Positions 26,369 through 38,829 of a DNA stretch of 64,000 nt are shown here, piece by piece. Below the pieces are notes generated by a model. That model was not told where the DNA came from and made no database searches. It saw only the letters and a program-made list of their open reading frames with translations. The stretch lies in the NCBI RefSeq assembly GCF_000143415.4, contig NW_003314436.1, positions 1 to 64,000 on the forward strand, in the 5' to 3' direction. Both the position numbers and the translations under genes were made by a program. Each line of letters starts with the position of its first letter. Within the stretch, counting starts at the first letter, position 1. The DNA is from Selaginella moellendorffii. Taxonomy: Eukaryota; Plantae; Lycopodiophyta.

Positions 26369-26397
26369 CCTCTCAGGGTTCCTTCTTTCCAAAAAGT

Positions 26398-26527
26398 TAA
26401 GATATCAACCTGGAAGAATTAGCAATCTCCTCTCCTCCTTTCTTCCAAGAACTTATGATATAAACCAGGAAAAACTAGCACTCTCCTCTCCCTTTTTCTT
26501 CAAGGAATTATGATATCAACCTGGAGC
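26398..26527. repeat. About 55-bp tandem repeat (2+ copies) directly upstream of the BAHD start
   Basis: gatatcaacctggaagaattagcaatctcctctcc... recurs at 26401, about 26457 and about 26512. Confidence 0.7.
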
Positions 26528-27249
26528 TCACGAGTAGGTACTCTTTCTTGAAGCTTTCTTGGTTGCAGTGGAGCCATGGTGGGGATATTTATTTGACTGG
26601 ACAAGTAGGCAGCCCGTCAATGAAACACCTACAGCACCACGTATTGACTTTTACTACGATGCCATCATCCTCCACAGCGTGACGGTGCGATTGCGGCCTA
26701 CACAATCTGGAGGTTGACGGGCTCTAGGTTAAAGACCAGTCAATTTACCCACACGACAACTCGACTTGGACGCTCTCCACGCTTGTTTTGTGGGGGCGTT
26801 TAAACGGAGCTCTCGAGCGGATTGTGACTTCCCAGCGAGGAGAAGGGTCCCAAAAACCAAAAATGTTCTGGAAAGTAGTCGGATAGATCTCTTCCAAAGC
26901 CAAATAGTTTTGGCAAAGGTGCTTTTTGGGAGTGGATTAGGTCCTTGTACGCCGTGAAGTTTGACGCGGGCACTAGGAATATAATTCTAACAAAGTTGGT
27001 AGTTTGTGTGATTTTGTCGTGTGAAACCGGAGATTGCCGGCAAATAAAGTACCCAAGCTGTCATCCCGTGGGTCTGCTGGTTGGACGAGTCTTGTTGATC
27101 CTACATAGAAATTCACTCTATCTATAATGTAGCTGGGAACAATGTCCAGTCGTCTATAATCTTAGACTTAAACACAATGAGCACGTACATTAGCTTCCAT
27201 GATCCATGTACATGTACAGAACTAATGTACAGTGAGATCTTGATAGCTA

Positions 27250-27770
27250 CTACCATTGAAAAAATTCAGCTGCATTAGAAAAGAGTGAGGTTTAGTTGAT
27301 TATCGTCCCTTGTACAGGCTCTCGTGCAATGAGACCTTGTCAACAACTAACCCCCACCATGACACAAAGGTACCTTCTATGACTGCACATCCACTATTTC
27401 ATTTTCATGCTGAGAGAATCAGATCCCATTTTGTGGCAGAACTTTGCACGAGAAAGTAGACGAAGAGCTTTAGATTGCTGCCAACAAGTTTGACGGGGTT
27501 TATGCTTTCCAAAATATATTTCAACTATTTCCCCCAGCGAGTGTTCTTCCATGCTTTAATATGTTTCAACAAGCATCAAGCCAAACAATTTGGTGGATGT
27601 CTGCTATCAACTAGGAAAAATCGTTGCCTGCTTTGTCAAGCTCGCCAATTTGCAGAGCTGGAAGCTTCGGCTCCCAAGTTTCCGAAGGCTTGTCTTCTAT
27701 CTCAAGAGCATACTAAATCATTGGAAGAAGTTCAAGATCAAGGGTACATTCAATCGAAAGAATCCTGACC
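27250..27770 (+). pseudogene. Second BAHD 5' fragment, inverted relative to 23635-24150
   Basis: IYFNYFPQRVFFHAL...KSLEEV. The blocks cacatccactatttcatttt and aattcagctgca are reverse complements of sequence at 24037-24057 and 24121-24132. Confidence 0.6.
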
Positions 27771-28197
27771 TAACCAAGAGTATATGTACTAACGTACATG
27801 GATAGTAGAAACTTTCGTGCATACTCTTAATCACCGAGCATTGGTAGTTGAGAACACTTTTCTTTTACCTGACACTACAAGGTTTATTCTTAGAACAATC
27901 AACACACTTTAGTTTCCATACATTTGGGAATAATTTTTGTTAGTCTTGCCATAGATCATCACGCTGTTGAGTTGGGAATAACTTTTGTTAGTGTTACCAC
28001 AGACTTGGAACAATCAACACGCTGTACAATTTGCATTGTTGGTGCGCTCACGTACATTTGGGTGGTGCGAACAATCAACTCGAGGAGTATTATCACCAAA
28101 CTCTATCGGTGTGATAATATCTCTAGCAATTACAAAAGCATTCTTGGAATATTTTTAAGCATACATATACAAAATTACAAAACATTAAAGCAACCAA

Positions 28198-29452
28198 TTA
28201 AAAGTGTACGGCATTTAAACCCTCCTGGAACATCTCAATGAGAAGCTCTTTGTCAGTAGAGTGGAGGAATTGGTCGAAATTAGCACGAATGTCGTGAATC
28301 TTGCCGAATTCGAAGAGGTATCTCATGCAATCCTGTGAAACAAAGCGCGAGAGAAGTTACAGGAAAGATCAGCAAGAAGATAGTTACCTTCTTCAAGTTT
28401 GGAAGATGGAACATCCACGCGTTGTGTAGTCTCTCCAGAACGTTGTCCGAGTTTATATCCTCCATCAAGCTTTCCTCGCATGCCTGCTTGAGATCCTCGA
28501 TATCATACTTGTCCGAGGCGGCGAGGAGAGCCATCCGGTGCTTGTGAAACGCTGGGCGATTGATGCTGCCGTAGAGATACGCTAGAAGTGCCTTGAGCGA
28601 TTCCAGCGACATGTCCTCCATCTCGATCGTGAAAGTCTTCCTCTCTCTCAAGTCGTGCGAGAACATCACCTGGAAAACTCGAGAGCGCGTCGCCAGGATC
28701 GCCAAGTGTGCTCCAATGCTTCCGCTCGGCGTTGTGATCGTCACGTCTGTGTGGACGCCACTGTCTAGCATGTAGCTCAAGCAGCTCAGCGCGGCCTGGT
28801 GAGCGGCGGGCTGGATCGATTTTCCTAGAGTGAAGTAGAAAGGATCACCCTGGATGGAAAATCACCAAAGAAAAAAGAAAACTCACGACTTTGAGATCGA
28901 TGCTGATGGTGTTCTAGAGAGAAACTTACGGCTTGCGAGCCACACTTCATGTCTATAAACTCGACCTCCACAACGAACTTTCCATGGATCGCAGTCTCCA
29001 CAGACCAAGCGTGGTACTCGTTCGTGAGGAAAGTCTTGTCATTCACTGCTAAATCCAATCCAAGTAAAGGTTTTCGATCAAACTATAGTCACCAAGTACC
29101 TTGAGACTGGACGACTTGACGTAGACCTGGTCCATGAAGGACACGAAGAACAAAAGCTACAGTTGGCACTTGCTCGCTTGGATGATCCGAGTGTTCCTTG
29201 AAAAGCCAGACATGCAAAGGCCCACATTTTTTGATCTGCAAGCGCCTGGAAAGAAAAAGAAATCACATACATTGCGTGTGTTCTACTGTTCTAGAGGAAA
29301 AAAATTTACCATGTCCACACACCCATCTTAAAATTGTTTGATTTCCAGCAGAGATTGGGAGTGAGGCTGTCGATCCTCCACTGCGCCAGCCTCGACAGAA
29401 TCTCCACATTCAAGCTGAAAGTAAGATGGATCTGCGACGGCTGGCTCTGCAT
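28198..29452 (-). CDS. BTB/POZ domain protein (At1g21780-like), multi-exon
   Basis: VEILSRLAQWRID, HGKFVVEVEFIDMK, TDVTITTPSGSIGAHLAILATRSRVFQVMF, LLAASDKYDIEDLKQACEESL. Confidence 0.9.
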
Positions 29453-29829
29453 CGTGAGAAATCGCGCTCGAATCTCACCTCATCGCGCAAGAGCCGCCGC
29501 CGATCGACCGCGCCTAGCGATCAATCACACTCCCAGCCTGCGATCACTCTCCTACCGCCGAGATCACTCTCGCCGATCGATCCAGCATTCTACCTCCACT
29601 TTAGCGCTTCCACGCTAGGGCTTTAGAAAACACACGTGGCACGGTGCCACTGGTCCACGTCCCTCGCAACACTACACGCGTGTTCGATTCGTTGTCCCAC
29701 CACGTCCGTTAGATAGGCTGAGGTACGGACATGATGGACGGAATCTGTCTCTGTCAAATAGTCCCAAGCCCATACACGCGAGGGCATTGCCCTTGCCCTT
29801 CTCATTTCTTTGTGTTCTCCAAAGGGGCA

Positions 29830-29872
29830 TAAGTATATAAACCGCCCTCCAGGGCGCGCTCTATATATATCC
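29830..29872. promoter_or_regulatory. TATA-like elements in the divergent BTB/TBP promoter
   Basis: tatataaa near 29834 and ctatatatat at 29861, upstream of a pyrimidine-rich patch and an aaaccctag telo-box-like motif. Confidence 0.45.
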
Positions 29873-30109
29873 TCCCATCCTCCTTAAATCCTTCCTTCTT
29901 TTTCTAGGGCTCGAGCAGTGCGCCACAAAGAAAGAGGCCGCGGCGCCCCCAAATCTCCACTCTTCCAAGGTTTGCGGCGGCGCGTAAAACCCTAGCGCTG
30001 GATCTTGAGCTGCCGCGGCGGCGCCTGCTCGACGACCTCGCAAATCGCAATCCTCTCTGCGTTTCGGCGCTTGATTTCGCCAGCGCTGGTAATCTCTTGT
30101 TCTTGACCC

Positions 30110-31196
30110 ATGGCGCAAATTCTAGAGGGCACTGAGCCGGTGGATCTTGCCAAGCATCCGTCTGGGATCATTCCGACCTTACAGTGAGTGGTACTTGGGT
30201 TTGTGGTGACAAGATTGTAATGGAAGCTGGGGTCTTTTCTTTCTTTTCAGGAACATTGTCTCGACCGTGAACATGGATTGTAAACTAGATCTGAAAACCA
30301 TTGCTCTTCACGCGAGGAATGCCGAGTATAACCCCAAGGTTTGTGGGAGAGAGGAAGTTTTCTAACTTAACGCTCTGGAAACAGCGTTTCGCAGCCGTGA
30401 TCATGAGAATAAGGGAGCCCAAGACGACAGCGCTGATTTTTGCGTCGGGAAAGATGGTAGCTTGTCTCGATTTTGGCGCTGTGATTCTTACTAACGGCTT
30501 GCTTGTAGGTTTGCACTGGAGCCAAGAGCGAACAACAATCAAAGCTCGCAGCAAGAAAGGTAAATGCTTGACGCTGTCTTCTTCGACAATGGGACTCATG
30601 GTTTTCGTTCTTGCAGTATGCTCGTATCATCCAAAAGCTGGGATTCCCCGCACAGTTTAAAGTATGAAGAAGAAAACACATTGTGGTCTGAGCTCAAACT
30701 TAGTAACGTCCATGATCGCAGGATTTTAAGATCCAGAACATTGTTGGCTCCTGCGACGTTAAGTTCCCGATCAGATTGGAGGGCCTGGCGTACGCTCACG
30801 GTCACTTCTCAAGCGTAAGTCGTGCTTCCTTTGTCACACTTATACTCTTTTCTCTTTTGCGGGTCTTATCACTAAAGTTTTGTGCAGTACGAACCAGAGC
30901 TGTTCCCCGGATTGATCTACCGAATGAAGCAGCCTAAGATCGTGCTCCTGATCTTCGTCTCTGGAAAGATTGTGCTTACTGGTGCAAAGGTAAAACCAGT
31001 AAAAAACGCAGAGAGATGGAGGTAACGAAGCTCTCTTCCTTGGAGCTCCTTTTTTTCCACAGGTCCGGGATGAGATCTACGAAGCATTCGAGAACATCTA
31101 CCCGGTGCTGACCGAGTTTAGAAAGATGCAGCAATGGTATGTTTCTCTTAAATTCGGTCACCAAACTTACACGGTGTTCTTGGTTTTTCCTATAGA
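30110..31196 (+). CDS. TBP: TATA-box binding protein (multi-exon)
   Basis: [69 protein letters not shown]. The stop is TG|A across the last intron. Confidence 0.98.
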
Positions 31197-31542
31197 CAAT
31201 TCTAAAACTTCCAGGGTCATCGAATCAACTTCCAAGATCATCGAATTGCAACTTATAGGACACGACGGACGCTGTAAAGGAAAGAAACGTCGAGAGGGAA
31301 ACGATGCTTTACTGGGAGAGAATGTTTCTCAACAAAGCCTTTTAATTATTCACTTTTATCCAACCATGGAATAATTTTTGTTCGCTCATTTGATTTGAAT
31401 GGATGATACGTCGGGTGTTCGAATCTCTCCACCGTTATTTTATTTTGCTAGAACCCTAGTGTATGGGGATTGTTTTCTCCGCGAGCGTAGCGTAGGTGGG
31501 CGGGAATGAGATCCAGCGCAGGTTAGTCGAAATTCTTGGAGA

Positions 31543-34404
31543 ATGCTGCTCGCGGCAGGCTGTCTGATTGATTTCCCGTGCCATCGATGGCCTTCTAGAT
31601 TTGCGAGCAGCGCGAGAAGGAGCTATGCCGTGCGGCGGCTTAGAAATTGCCAGGCTCAGGGATTTCGGAGCTCCAGGGGGCTAGATAACGGCTATGGAAG
31701 CGACGAGGATGGGAATTTTGTTCTTCAGCAGCCGCTGGAGATGGACGTGGAGGCTGAGGCGCTGGGGCTGCTGGAATGGCCGCTGGTTTGTCGGCAAATC
31801 GCCAGGTTTTGTGCCACGCCCATGGGTGTTGCTGCTGCTCGGGGCTCCAATCTTCCAGTCGGGAAGAATCGAGAGGACAGCGAGGGATTGCAAGATCAAA
31901 CAGCGGATGCTCACAAGCTGGCCGGGACTCTTCGGTTTCTTGGTGCTAAGGACGTGACGAAGGTCGTGGAAGCGGCCATCTCCGGAGAGTTTTGCAATGT
32001 TGGAGAGCTTTGCTCGGTCAAGGATACGCTAGAGTGCGCTCGACGCTTGCACGATCAACTCTTCGCGAAAGGTGGTGGTGGTCTGGAGCTAGAACGTTTG
32101 GAACTTTCTCCACTACAACGGATCATGCAAGGCCTGGAGCTTTGCAGCGAGCTGCGAGAAGACATCGACAAGTGTTTGGATTCGAAGAGAGAGATCGTTC
32201 TCGACAGGGCGAGCACGAAGCTCTCGCAAGTTCGTCGCCAAAGGCAGGCCAACATGACCGAGCTCGATATTTTACTGAAGGAAACAGCGAGAATGGTGAT
32301 AGATGCCGGAGGGATCGACTCGATGACAATCACCACCAGAAGAGCCAGGCTTTGCGTTGCTGTGAGAGCGTCACACAAGTTTCTACTTCCTGGAGGCGTG
32401 GTCTTGGATTCTAGCAACACTGGTGCGACGCTGTTCATGGAACCAGAGCCGGCACTTCGGTTAAACAATTTGGAGATACAGCTCTCGGCAGCTGAAAGAG
32501 CAGAAGAAGTGGCGATTTGCAGAAGGCTTGCGTCCAGAGTTGCCGCCTCCGCAGCAAGCATCCTTGAGCAGCTCAACGCAATCATGCTGTTGGATTTAGC
32601 CTGTGCTCGAGCGAAGCATGCGAAGTGGCTTGGAGCAGTGAAGCCCGCGTTCTTCGAAAGTAAAAGCGAGTCGAAGGGAGTGATCATTGAGGAGATTCGG
32701 CACCCTCTATTGCTTGAGACTGCACTGGAAAAAGGTTTGGACAGAGATAACTTTCCTGTTCCGATTGACATCAAGGTGAGAGACGGAGTCAAGATCGTTA
32801 TCATCTCTGGTCCAAACACCGGTGGGAAAACTGTAGCTTTGAAGACGCTGGGAATTGCTTCTATTATGGCGAAGGCGGGACTATACTTGCCTGCTTCAGG
32901 AAATCCCAGACTCCCGTGGTTTGATCGTATATTTGCCGATGTTGGCGATTCTCAGGTGCGTGATCCGCTTGCTAAAATGGTTTCTGACTTCTGAGTTTTT
33001 CTTTCTTCAGTCGCTGGAGCAGAATTTGTCAACATTTAGTGGTCATATGAGGCGTCTGTGCAAGATTACCGAAGCAAGTGGTCCTCAGTCTCTGGTGCTG
33101 ATAGACGAGATTGGAGGTGGCACTGATCCGGCCGAGGGATCGTCTCTGGCTACTGCTGTGCTCAAGTATTTCGCCAAAACGGTTCATCTATGCATCGTCA
33201 CCACGCATAGTGCTTCGCTGAAGACCCTTCCAATCCACGACCAGGACTTGCCATTTGAAAATGCGTCTGTGGAGTTCGACTTAGAAACGCTTCGGCCAAC
33301 TTACCGAGTTCTTTGGGGACTTCCTGGACAGTCAAATGCTGTCAACATTGCGAAGTCTCTTCAGTTCGACTCGGATATCCTCAGCCGTGCAAGCTACTGG
33401 CTGACTAAGCTGACACCGTCGGGACTTAAAAGTCGTCAGAGCGATCTTATGCTGCAGCTCATGAAGCAGTCCGAGGAAGAAGAGGACCATGCCTGCACAG
33501 CAGCAGTGTATCTTTCTGATATAGAGACACTGCACAACGAAGTAAGCGGATTCCTGTCAGCCACAATAATAAGTAGCTAATTCTGTGTTCATTCTCTCCA
33601 GATCGCGTTTGAAGTTGACGACCTGGACAAGAGAAAAATTGCCGCAAAACGCCAGGAACTAGCTTCGATGAGCAAGCACGTCACTGAAGCAAAAAACAAG
33701 ATGGAGGCAGTGATATCCAGGTATAAAGAAGGCTTGAGTAATAACAGTGGCGGTGGCAAGGCATTTACATTGCGAACTGCACAGGACTCAATCACCACCA
33801 TAGTGAACGACTATGGCGCTTTCTTCAAAGAACAAAATCCGAGCAATAGTTATTTGCCTTTGCCGGGAGTAGGAGAACGAGTTATCATACGGAGGCTGGG
33901 GAAAAAGCCGGCAACTGTACTTGAGCCTGCCGACGATAGTGGCCATTTGATGGTTCAACTTGGAACTATGAAAATGCGCGTCAAGACCACTGAGCTGATG
34001 CTCACAGCCCAGGGCAGTCCTGTTAAACAGGCAAAGGTACAGTCAGATCTCTTTTTTTCTATGTTTTGTTTGGAGTTGATGGCTAGTATTGTTTTTTTAT
34101 CTTACAGAAGCCTGCTCCATTCCTTCCCGAATCGGGAACTACGGAACTTAAATTCGGGCCTGCAATCCAAACGTCGAAGAATACAGTAGATTTGCGGGGA
34201 ATGACAGTGGAGGACGCTATCCAAGTCGTTCGCATGGTTATAGCAGAGAGAGAACCGGGATCAGTGCTTTTCATCATTCATGGCGTCGGAACAGGTGCTT
34301 TGAAACAGGCAGTGATCTCAATCTTGCGAAAGCATCCCAACGTGGCCAAGTTTGAGGACGAGTCCTTCGTAAATGGTGGCTGCACAGTCGCTTACGTTTC
34401 ATAG
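31543..34404 (+). CDS. MutS2: MutS2 family ATPase with C-terminal Smr domain, probable plastid transit peptide; four exons
   Basis: ISGPNTGGKT, DVGDSQ|SLEQNLSTFSGHM, LIDEIGGGTDPAEG, TTHS, VDLRGMTVEDA, IIHGVGTGALK. Confidence 0.95.
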
Positions 34405-35007
34405 ACTACCATCGTCAACGATGAACAAGAAAGCACAGGGAAGGAGAAGGAGCTTTCAGTGAATCCAGAAGTTATCAAGAAAAATAGGCTCGAATGCGGG
34501 CGGGATCTATGATAATGGCCACTGAGGAGGGAAAAAGCCATTGTTTCGCGAAGACTTTGCTTCCTCTAGTATGCAAAGTGTGGGAATCTTTTTAGCTTGC
34601 TGCTTTGGCAAAAGATAAAACTCACAAGGACGATTATGAAAGCTCTGGGGAGTTTCACAGGTGGCCCCCAAGATCCAAGTTGGTCCTCAAAGCTGGAACC
34701 TACCAAGAGATCGATAACGACAAGCATGCCACAGTGGCTAACACTACTGTCCGGAGTGAACGTCGTAATTTTGGACGTAAGCGTCATCTGTTCTTCACCA
34801 ACCGGACTACGTACCAGAGTTTCTGGTGTGGCGAAAAAAAACGAGTTCAAAAACTCTGAAAGGTAAGAAGGATTTGGTTGGCCCATGGGACTAAACATGA
34901 TCTACTGTAACAGGCCGTGGTACAAGTTAAGACGAAGTAGCTAAAGCTTCTAAGCAAACGGACGGACAACGAACGCTCCCTTCCCATCACTACAAAAGTC
35001 TTGAAAC

Positions 35008-37022
35008 TCACAAGCAGAATCTCCAAGTCCAAACCAGCACTGCGAGCATGAAAGCAGCTCCCATCGTCGCATGCAAAGCTTCCCCGCTCGATGTATTGCT
35101 CGACGGATTAAATGGCTGGAGGATGCCACCCGATGACGATGGTCCTGTTGTTCCACCGCTGGTGCTGCCACCACCCGTGCCAGCCCCGCCACCCGAGCTC
35201 CCACTGCAAAGATGCAAACAAACGAAACCACGCTCAAAGGTAAGCTTTGACACATCGGTTAACCACTCTACCTTGACGTGAATATGCAGCTGTCATGACC
35301 TGGAGAGAGAGAGAGAAGACTACCGTCAACACCAGCCAGCTGAGGCAACTAAAACAAAAGCTTACTTGGATCAGTGCTCGTCAGCATTGCGGCTCCCTGG
35401 AAATCGCATGTTGCTCCAGCGCCAACATTCTTCTGGTAGTAGCTGTTGAAGGCGTAAGACGCATGCGCGGCGTAAGTGTCCGGGAGATAGCAGGCACCGT
35501 TTTGTTGGATAGGCGTGCAGTCGGCGTTCCCTTGGCCGCAGGCCCAGTTGAGGCCAACGGAGAGCACGTTATCAGATGCTCCTGGAGCAGCAACGCAAAA
35601 CTGGCCACTTCCAGTTCCAGTTCCACCGGAGGGTGGTGCGACAGCGGTACCATTGGTGCCATTGTCAGCGAGGACTCTCCGCATCAAGATCTCAGCTTCC
35701 GAGACTCCGGGACTCAAGTGGAAGCTGTACCGCGGGACCTGGCTCGTGCTGAAAAGTCCATAGCGTCGACGACTATCATCAGCAGGGCCAACGATGTCGA
35801 AGAACTCGTGGACGTAGACACGGATGCTGGCTTCTGGCTTGTGCGGGGTCCCCTTGTCGCTCTGGATCCGTTTCACGAGGCTTTGAGCGAAGAGAGCAGC
35901 GTTCTCAACGGTTGCGGTCGAGAGGGGGTCACTTTCGGATCCAGATGACTTCCATGGCCAGCCGATCTCACCAACGACAACCGGAATGTTTGAAAAGCCG
36001 AGCTTTTCCATGGCACTGTAGGCGGAGTCGACAGCGGCGTCGAGCAAGCCGGTGTAGCCAGCTTTGGTGTCTTCATCGAGAAGTTCCTGAGCGGTGGACG
36101 ACGACATGGCAAAGTCGAGAGCGAAACCATCATGGAGGTGAGCTTCGAAGGGGTCTACATTGATCATCAAGTACGAGCCTTTGGGAGCCAGGAAGTCGAG
36201 AAGCTCGCGCAAGTGGCTCTGGTAGAAATCTTCAAAGGCTGCCGAGGATGGTTTATGGCCCCACTGCGAGAACATCTGCATGGACAGCGAAGCCGACACT
36301 CTGATCTCCTGATCTAAACCCGCCGCTGCGATGCAAGAACGGATTTTTCTGCCGGCTTCGATGAGATCTCCAGCAAAAGAGGGATCTTTGGTCATGAGCT
36401 CCGACCCCAGTACGATACCCGTGACCTCCGTCGATGGAAAGTGGTGAAGGATATTTGCTTCGAACCATTCTGAGGCAGCATTCTGGGACTGAGCAAGAGC
36501 TGGAATGGACTGGTCGGGAACAGTGAGAAGAACCTGAATTTTCGAGCCGGACAGGGCCCGAAGAATCGAGGGATGAACATCGCCCTGCAGCTTGATGTAC
36601 CGGACTTGGAGGACTTGGAGAAGATCCACGACAAGCTCTGCTTTTGGGAGACGGCCAGCTTCAACTTCGAGCTTGGGGTACCTTACATTGACTCCAACGA
36701 ATCCAGAAGTTCCTGCGTTATGACACAAGAAAGAGCGAAGTTATGAGCACCATGGTCGGTTCGTGGCGGGGATAAAAACTCAATCACTCGGAGGAAAAAC
36801 TGTCCTGGAACAGTCGAGGAGTTCCTTGGAGCTGCGAGAAGAAGCCCCCTTATGAACAGTGAAAGGTATGTGGATAGAGGGGGAGAGGGAAGGCATTAAG
36901 TTTGGAGCTCTCTAACCTGATGCCACACAGGTGCTGATGAGAATGATGAACACGCGCAGCACTCCAGAGCGTCCGAATCCTCGATCTGTCACCGCTGCTG
37001 CTGCTGCTGCTGCTGCCTCCAT
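35008..37022 (-). CDS. GH17 beta-1,3-glucanase with X8/CBM43 domain and GPI-anchor-like tail
   Basis: Signal-like exon 1, then FVGVN, VLGSE, VVVGEIGWP, X8 FCVA...LNWACGQGNADCTPIQQNGACY...HASYAFNSYYQ, a Gly/Ser/Thr linker and a hydrophobic C-terminus. Confidence 0.9.
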
Positions 37023-38829
37023 GATATTTATATGTCCGAGAAGAGCTGTGGAAACTCTCACCGCCAGGCGAGGATAAGAGAGAGGAGCTCGCACAGTGCA
37101 AGCGTGGTTTAAGAGCGCATGAAGCAGGGAACAGGGGGATGATAAGCAGAGTTTAGAGATCCTTAAAACCGTTCCGGGGGTGAAAAGAAAAAAAGGTGCT
37201 CCAGCAGCCGCTAGCAGATCGACATCACAGCTGACTAAAACGACGAGAACAGTGCTTTTCTGCTGATTCAAGAGGCTCGAGGGCGGTGCTCGAGAGCTCA
37301 CGCTGGTGTTACGTAGACGCGAGCGCGAGAGAAGAGCCCCACCGCGATTGACGATTAGGCGAGCCCCACTGCTGCTGGCGATCAATGGAGCGATCACACG
37401 ACAAGAGGTAGGCCAAAGTATCAACACTAAGGAGAGAAAAAAAAGCGAGGAAAGAGAAAGAATAGCTAGCCCCTCTTCTTGCTTCTCTGTCTAACTAGAC
37501 GAGTGCTTGTGTCGTAGGTACCTCGCTCCCCTGCGAAGAAATGGATTCAACACTAGCGCACACGTGTGTTGTCGAGAGACTATATATCGCTTCCAGGTTT
37601 TTCTATTTGCTCTTTTTTAATTTCTTTCTCGCTATATTAACACATATACGTTGTGGTAGAGGTGTATGATCAAGCTGTATGATCGAAAGCAATCACATGG
37701 AAATGACTATATTTCGAGCAAGACGATTGGAAAATAAAAAGAGAGATCTCTCTGGAAAAAGCAACGCAAAATCTGAGAGAAATGGAAGAGCATCAGTAAC
37801 AGCAGCAGCAGTGGCGGAGAAGTTTTTGGATGATACTAACGGGCAACAAAGAGCTAAGTTCTAAAGCTTCTCTTTTCTGTAAAGCTGATACTTTGCTTTG
37901 CTTCTTTGTTTAATCAGGCGAACGCATACGTACGATCCCAGCCCCGCAACGGATACCTACGCTCTCTCATACAATACATTCCAGAAGAATATTCTGTCAG
38001 AGGATTGGACGAATATTCTTTCGAGAACAGAATATACTGGAAGCAGAATATACCTTGCTAGTCGTTGAAAAGGGTGGAGAAATAAAAAATATTCGGTGCT
38101 TAGCGTGAGAACTCACAATGCAACGTATCTATTGTACTGTGGGATTTTAATGTCACTGAAAGCTGTGCGTGATGGGGACCGGCGACCGTGTCGTCAAAAA
38201 ACGGGATAACTCTCAATTTTTTACCATGCATTTCTTTTACCCAGGGGTTGTAGATGCTAGGCTGGTAGGTACGTAGCGCTGCGACTAGGTGTACGTATGG
38301 GGACAGTATCATATGGCATCATACGTCCTTGGATTTAGAATGTTACGAGGGGAGGTTTAAGGGAGGTTTTTACACGAGCGGGTCTTTTCCTTTAGTCCGC
38401 CTTTAGTTTTGGTTTGGTTCTTTCCATCTCTTTCAGTGTTTTTTGGTTTTAGCATCTGTGCGCGTCTGTCTGTCTGTGTGTGCTGCTACTGTCGCGAGTG
38501 ACAATAAAAATTTGGGTGCCATGATTACACCTATGGCCTCCAAATCTCTCTTGCCAGCACAACGAGAGCAGAGAATTTAATGCAGTGTCCTCCTCGCTTG
38601 CCTTCGATTTGTTAAAATGAAAAAAACTTACTTGGAACTTCTCCATTAGCTTAATACAAGAAAAAAGACCCGCGAGACGCATTGCCGAAGATGGTCTAAA
38701 GTGTTTTCAGTACAAAATTTGGTGCATTGACCTGTGCAAGCAACGAACAAGGTTTGTGAGTGATGTGAGAGCCAAGCAGAAACACCAAAGCTTTTACTCA
38801 CCCCAAGGAAGAGAGGGAAAAGGTGTTGA

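Noticed and set aside
27890-28080. Short spaced repeats (ttgggaataa.ttttgttagt, gaacaatcaac) resembling CRISPR
   Set aside because: Only 2-3 degenerate copies with irregular spacing, in a eukaryotic 3' flank with no cas genes.
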